This document shows positions 57,801-64,000 of a stretch of 64,000 nt of DNA, one piece after another. The stretch covers positions 248,001-312,000 of the forward strand of contig CM082588.2 of NCBI GenBank assembly GCA_040954595.2, in the 5' to 3' direction. Within the stretch, counting starts at the first letter, position 1; every line of letters begins with the position of its first letter. A program made the position numbers and the translations under genes. Under the pieces are notes generated by a model. The model had not been told where the DNA came from. It ran no database searches and was given only the letters and a program-made list of their open reading frames with translations. The DNA is from Balanoglossus misakiensis. Lineage: Eukaryota; Animalia; Hemichordata.

Positions 57801-60800
57801 CTTCGGACAGGGTTGTGTCCTAGTGACGCCTCTGCTTCGGACTGGGTTGTGTCCTAGTGACGCCCCTGCTTCGGACTGGGTTGTGTCCTAGTGTACGCCC
57901 CTGCTTCGGACAGGGTTTTGTCCTAGTGACGCCTCTGCATCGGACAGGGTTGTGTCCTAGTGTATAATAATAAATTTTACTAGATTGTAATCACATAATT
58001 AATACTACATTAGTAAGAATTATAATACTGCCAAATAAATACCAGATGTGATAAACTAAAATTTAAATTGTAATTGCATAATTACTGCTATATGATTAAT
58101 AGGATTTATAATACATAATAACTGACAGAATTAAAGTGACGCCTCTGCTTCGGACTGGGTTGTGTCCTAGTGACGCCTCTGCTTCGGACTGGGTTGTGTC
58201 CTAGTGACGCCTCTGCTTCGGACTGGGTTGTGTCCTAGTGACGCCTCTGCTTCGGACAGGGTTGTGTCCTAGTGACGCCTCTGCTTCGGACAGGGTTGTG
58301 TCCTAGTGACGCCTCTGCTTCGGACTTGGTTGTGTCCTAGTGACGCCTCTGCTTCGGACAGGGTTGTGTCCTAGTGACGCCTCTGCTTCGGACTGGGTTG
58401 TGTCCTAGTGACGCCTCTGCTTCGGACTTGGTTGTGTCCTAGTGACGCCTCTGCTTCGGACTGGGTTGTGTCCTAGTGTACGCCCCTGCTTAATAATAAA
58501 TTTTACTAGATTGTAATCACATAATTAATACTACATTAGTAAGAATTATAATACTGCCAAATAAATACCAGATGTGATAAACTAAAATTTAAATTGTAAT
58601 TGCATAATTACTGCTATATGATTAATAGGATTTATAATACATAATAACTGACAGAATTAAAGTGACGCCTCTGCTTCGGACTGGGTTGTGTCCTAGTGAC
58701 GCCTCTGCTTCGGACTGGGTTGTGTCCTAGTGACGCCTCTGCTTCGGACTGGGTTGTGTCCTAGTGACGCCTCTGCTTTGGACAGGGTTGTGTCCTAGTG
58801 ACGCCTCTGCTTCGGACAGGGTTGTGTCCTAGTGACGCCTCTGCTTCGGACTTGGTTGTGTCCTAGTGACGCCTCTGCTTCGGACAGGGTTGTGTCCTAG
58901 TGACGCCTCTGCTTCGGACTGGGTTGTGTCCTAGTGACGCCTCTGCTTCGGACTTGGTTGTGTCCTAGTGACGCCTCTGCTTCGGACTGGGTTGTGTCCT
59001 AGTGTACGCCCCTGCTTAATAATAAATTTTACTAGATTGTAATCACATAATTAATACTACATTAGTAAAGAATTATAATACTGCCAAGTGAATACCAGAT
59101 GTGATAAACTAAAATTTAAATTGTAATTGCATAATTACTGCTATATGATTAATAGGATTTATAATACATAATAACTGACAGAATTAAAGTGACGCCTCTG
59201 CTTCGGACTGGGTTGTGTCCTAGTGACGCCCCTGCTTCGGACTGGGTTGTGTCCTAGTGACGCCTTTGCTTCGGACTGGGTTGTGTCCTAGTGACGCCTC
59301 TGCTTCGGACTGGGTTGTGTCCTAGTGACGCCTCTGCTTCGGACTGGGTTGTGTCCTAGTGACGCCCCTGCTTCGGACTGGGTTGTGTCCTAGTGACGCC
59401 CCTGCTTCGGACAGGGTTGTGTCCTAGTGTATAATAATAAATTTTACTAGATTGTAATCACATAATTAATACTACATTAGTAAGAATTATAATACTGCCA
59501 AATGAATACCAGATGTGATAAACTAAAATTTAAATTGTAATTGCATAATTACTGCTATATGATTAATAGGATTTATAATACATAATAACTGACAGAATTA
59601 AAGTGACGCCTCTGCTTCGGACTGGGTTGTGTCCTAGTGACGCCCCTGCTTCGGACTGGGTTGTGTCCTAGTGACGCCTCTGCTTCGGACTGGGTTGTGT
59701 CCTAGTGACGCCTCTGCTTCGGACTGGGTTGTGTCCTAGTGACGCCTCTGCTTCGGACTGGGTTGTGTCCTAGTGACGCCTCTGCTTCGGACTGGGTTGT
59801 GTCCTAGTGACGCCTCTGCTTCGGACTGGGTTGTGTCCTAGTGACGCCTCTGCTTCGGACTTGGTTGTGTCCTAGTGACGCCTCTGCTTCGGACTTGGTT
59901 GTGTCCTAGTGACGCCTCTGCTTCGGACTGGGTTGTGTCCTAGTGACGCCTCTGCTTCGGACTGGGTTGTGTCCTAGTGTACGCCCCTGCTTCGGACAGG
60001 GTTGTGTCCTAGTGTATAATAATAAATTTTACTAGATTGTAATCACATAATTAATACTACATTAGTAAGAATTATAATACTGCCAAATGAATACCAGATG
60101 TGATAAACTAAAATTTAAATTGTAATTGCATAATTACTGCTATATGATTAATAGGATTTATAATACATAATAACTGACAGAATTAAAATGACGCCTCTGC
60201 TTCGGACTGGGTTGTGTCCTAGTGACGCCTCTGCTTCGGACTGGGTTGTGTCCTAGTGACGCCTCTGCTTCGGACAGGGTTGTGTCCTAGTGTATAATAA
60301 TAAATTTTACTAGATTGTAATCACATAATTAATACTACATTAGTAAAGAATTATAATACTGCCAAGTGAATACCAGATGTGATAAACTAAAATTTAAATT
60401 GTAATTGCATAATTACTGCTATATGATTAATAGGATTTATAATACATAATAACTGACAGAATTAAAATGACGCCTCTGCTTCGGACTGGGTTGTGTCCTA
60501 GTGACGCCCCTGCTTCGGACTGGGTTGTGTCCTAGTGTACGCCCCTGCTTCGGACAGGGTTGTGTCCTAGTGTACGCCCCTGCTTCGGACTGGGTTGTGT
60601 CCTAGTGTACGCCCCTGCTTCGGACAGGGTTGTGTCCTAGTGTACGCCCCTGCTTCGGACAGGGTTGTGTCCTAGTGACGCCTCTGCATCGGACAGGGTT
60701 GTGTCCTAGTGTATAATAATAAATTTTACTAGATTGTAATCACATAATTAATACTACATTAGTAAGAATTATAATACTGCCAAATGGAATACCAGATGTG

Positions 60801-63800
60801 ATAAACTAAAATTTAAATTGTAATTGCATAATTACTGCTATATGATTAATAGGATTTATAATACATAATAACTGACAGAATTAAAATGACGCCTCTGCTT
60901 CGGACTGGGTTGTGTCCTAGTGACGCCCCTGCTTCGGACAGGGTTGTGTCCTAGTGACGCCTCTGCTTCGGACAGGGTTGTGTCCTAGTGACGCCCCTGC
61001 TTCGGACTGGGTTGTGTCCTAGTGTACGCCCCTGCTTCGGACAGGGTTGTGTCCTAGTGACGCCTCTGCTTCGGACTGGGTTGTGTCCTAGTGACGCCTC
61101 TGCTTCGGACAGGGTTGTGTCCTAGTGACGCCCCTGCTTCGGACTGGGTTGTGTCCTAGTGTACGCCCCTGCTTCGGACTGGGTTGTGTCCTAGTGACGC
61201 CTCTGCTTCGGACTGGGTTGTGTCCTAGTGACGCCTCTGCTTCGGACTGGGTTGTGTCCTAGTGACGCCTCTGCTTCGGACTGGGTTGTGTCCTAGTGAC
61301 GCCCCTGCTTCGGACTGGGTTGTGTCCTAGTGACGCCCCTGCTTCGGACAGGGTTGTGTCCTAGTGTATAATAATAAATTTTACTAGATTGTAATCACAT
61401 AATTAATACTACATTAGTAAGAATTATAATACTGCCAAATGAATACCAGATGTGATAAACTAAAATTTAAATTGTAATTGCATAATTACTGCTATATGAT
61501 TAATAGGATTTATAATACATAATAACTGACAGAATTAAAGTGACGCCTCTGCTTCGGACTGGGTTGTGTCCTAGTGACGCCCCTGCTTCGGACTGGGTTG
61601 TGTCCTAGTGACGCCTCTGCTTCGGACTGGGTTGTGTCCTAGTGACGCCTCTGCTTCGGACTGGGTTGTGTCCTAGTGACGCCTCTGCTTCGGACTGGGT
61701 TGTGTCCTAGTGACGCCTCTGCTTCGGACTGGGTTGTGTCCTAGTGACGCCTCTGCTTCGGACTGGGTTGTGTCCTAGTGACGCCTCTGCTTCGGACTTG
61801 GTTGTGTCCTAGTGACGCCTCTGCTTCGGACTTGGTTGTGTCCTAGTGACGCCTCTGCTTCGGACTGGGTTGTGTCCTAGTGACGCCTCTGCTTCGGACT
61901 GGGTTGTGTCCTAGTGACGCCTCTGCTTCGGACAGGGTTGTGTCCTAGTGACGCCTCTGCTTCGGACAGGGTTGTGTCCTAGTGTATAATAATAAATTTT
62001 ACTAGATTGTAATCACATAATTAATACTACATTAGTAAGAATTATAATACTGCCAAATGAATACCAGATGTGATAAACTAAAATTTAAATTGTAATTGCA
62101 TAATTACTGCTATATGATTAATAGGATTTATAATACATAATAACTGACAGAATTAAAATGACGCCTCTGCTTCGGACTGGGTTGTGTCCTAGTGACGCCT
62201 CTGCTTCGGACTGGGTTGTGTCCTAGTGACGCCTCTGCTTCGGACAGGGTTGTGTCCTAGTGTATAATAATAAATTTTACTAGATTGTAATCACATAATT
62301 AATACTACATTAGTAAAGAATTATAATACTGCCAAGTGAATACCAGATGTGATAAACTAAAATTTAAATTGTAATTGCATAATTACTGCTATATGATTAA
62401 TAGGATTTATAATACATAATAACTGACAGAATTAAAATGACGCCTCTGCTTCGGACTGGGTTGTGTCCTAGTGACGCCCCTGCTTCGGACTGGGTTGTGT
62501 CCTAGTGTACGCCCCTGCTTCGGACAGGGTTGTGTCCTAGTGTACGCCCCTGCTTCGGACTGGGTTGTGTCCTAGTGTACGCCCCTGCTTCGGACAGGGT
62601 TGTGTCCTAGTGTACGCCCCTGCTTCGGACAGGGTTGTGTCCTAGTGACGCCTCTGCATCGGACAGGGTTGTGTCCTAGTGTATAATAATAAATTTTACT
62701 AGATTGTAATCACATAATTAATACTACATTAGTAAGAATTATAATACTGCCAAATGAATACCAGATGTGATAAACTAAAATTTAAATTGTAATTGCATAA
62801 TTACTGCTATATGATTAATAGGATTTATAATACATAATAACTGACAGAATTAAAATGACGCCTCTGCTTCGGACTGGGTTGTGTCCTAGTGACGCCCCTG
62901 CTTCGGACAGGGTTGTGTCCTAGTGACGCCTCTGCTTCGGACAGGGTTGTGTCCTAGTGACGCCCCTGCTTCGGACTGGGTTGTGTCCTAGTGTACGCCC
63001 CTGCTTCGGACAGGGTTGTGTCCTAGTGACGCCTCTGCTTCGGACTGGGTTGTGTCCTAGTGACGCCTCTGCTTCGGACAGGGTTGTGTCCTAGTGACGC
63101 CCCTGCTTCGGACTGGGTTGTGTCCTAGTGTACGCCCCTGCTTCGGACTGGGTTGTGTCCTAGTGTACGCCCCTGCTTCGGACTGGGTTGTGTCCTAGTG
63201 TACGCCCCTGCTTCGGACAGGGTTGTGTCCTAGTGACGCCTCTGCATCGGACAGGGTTGTGTCCTAGTGACGCCTCTGCTTCGGACAGGGTTGTGTCCTA
63301 GTGACGCCCCTGCTTCGGACTGGGTTGTGTCCTAGTGTACGCCCCTGCTTCGGACAGGGTTGTGTCCTAGTGACGCCTCTGCTTCGGACAGGGTTGTGTC
63401 CTAGTGACGCCTCTGCTTCGGACAGGGTTGTGTCCTAGTGACGCCCCTGCTTCGGACTGGGTTGTGTCCTAGTGTACGCCCCTGCTTCGGACTGGGTTGT
63501 GTCCTAGTGTACGCCCCTGCTTCGGACAGGGTTGTGTCCTAGTGACGCCTCTGCATCGGACAGGGTTGTGTCCTAGTGTATAATAATAAATTTTACTAGA
63601 TTGTAATCACATAATTAATACTACATTAGTAAGAATTATAATACTGCCAAATGAATACCAGATGTGATAAACTAAAATTTAAATTGTAATTGCATAATTA
63701 CTGCTATATGATTAATAGGATTTATAATACATAATAACTGACAGAATTAAAGTGACGCCTCTGCTTCGGACTGGGTTGTGTCCTAGTGACGCCTCTGCTT

Positions 63801-64000
63801 CGGACTGGGTTGTGTCCTAGTGACGCCTCTGCTTCGGACTGGGTTGTGTCCTAGTGACGCCTCTGCTTCGGACAGGGTTGTGTCCTAGTGACGCCTCTGC
63901 TTCGGACAGGGTTGTGTCCTAGTGACGCCTCTGCTTCGGACTTGGTTGTGTCCTAGTGACGCCTCTGCTTCGGACAGGGTTGTGTCCTAGTGACGCCTCT

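Larger units (their letters stand above)
48955..64000. repeat. Composite satellite of 34-bp units GTGACGCC(T/C)CTGCTTCGGAC(T/A)GGGTTGTGTCCTA with an interspersed ~175-bp AT-rich block; runs off the window end
   Basis: Hundreds of monomers are visible. The AT block (GTGTATAATAATAAATTTTACTAG...GACAGAATTAAA) occurs about 24 times between 49845 and 63750. The array is interrupted at 52749-54823. Confidence 0.98.

Noticed and set aside
48955-64000. CRISPR array suggested by the 34-bp hairpin-containing repeats
   Set aside because: The repeats abut directly, the interspersed block is constant instead of unique spacers, there are no cas genes, and the context is eukaryotic.
48955-64000. Telomeric repeat suggested by GGGTT in each unit
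   Set aside because: There is no tandem TTAGGG. GGGTT is only part of a 34-mer.

Overview
Eukaryotic animal DNA with GT-AG introns and AT-rich composition. A marine invertebrate, possibly a deuterostome, is my guess and cannot be determined from the window. Positions 1-43 kb hold ten gene models that I spliced by hand: an intronless EamA/SLC35G-like transporter, a secreted SUEL lectin, a secreted tectonin-like beta-propeller, a SnoaL/NTF2-like protein, a secreted coiled-coil+C1q protein, a tandem-SAP protein fused to a Cys/His-rich domain resembling a prokaryotic family (pRiA4b ORF-3/MM3350-like), spermidine synthase, a head-to-head COX17/TAF13 pair, and a C6orf118-like gene with RFX-like promoter motifs. 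From about 43.3 kb to the end the sequence is repeat: a ~152-bp array, a ~400/600-bp alternating array, and a >15-kb composite satellite of 34-bp GC-rich units punctuated by a constant ~175-bp AT-rich block. The satellite is interrupted by a 2.07-kb non-autonomous CACTA/CMC-type transposon with a 2-bp TSD. The best leads are the intron-containing SAP fusion gene (candidate horizontal transfer) and the satellite, whose 34-bp monomer resembles a Helitron 3' terminus. All family assignments come from remembered motifs, not from database searches.
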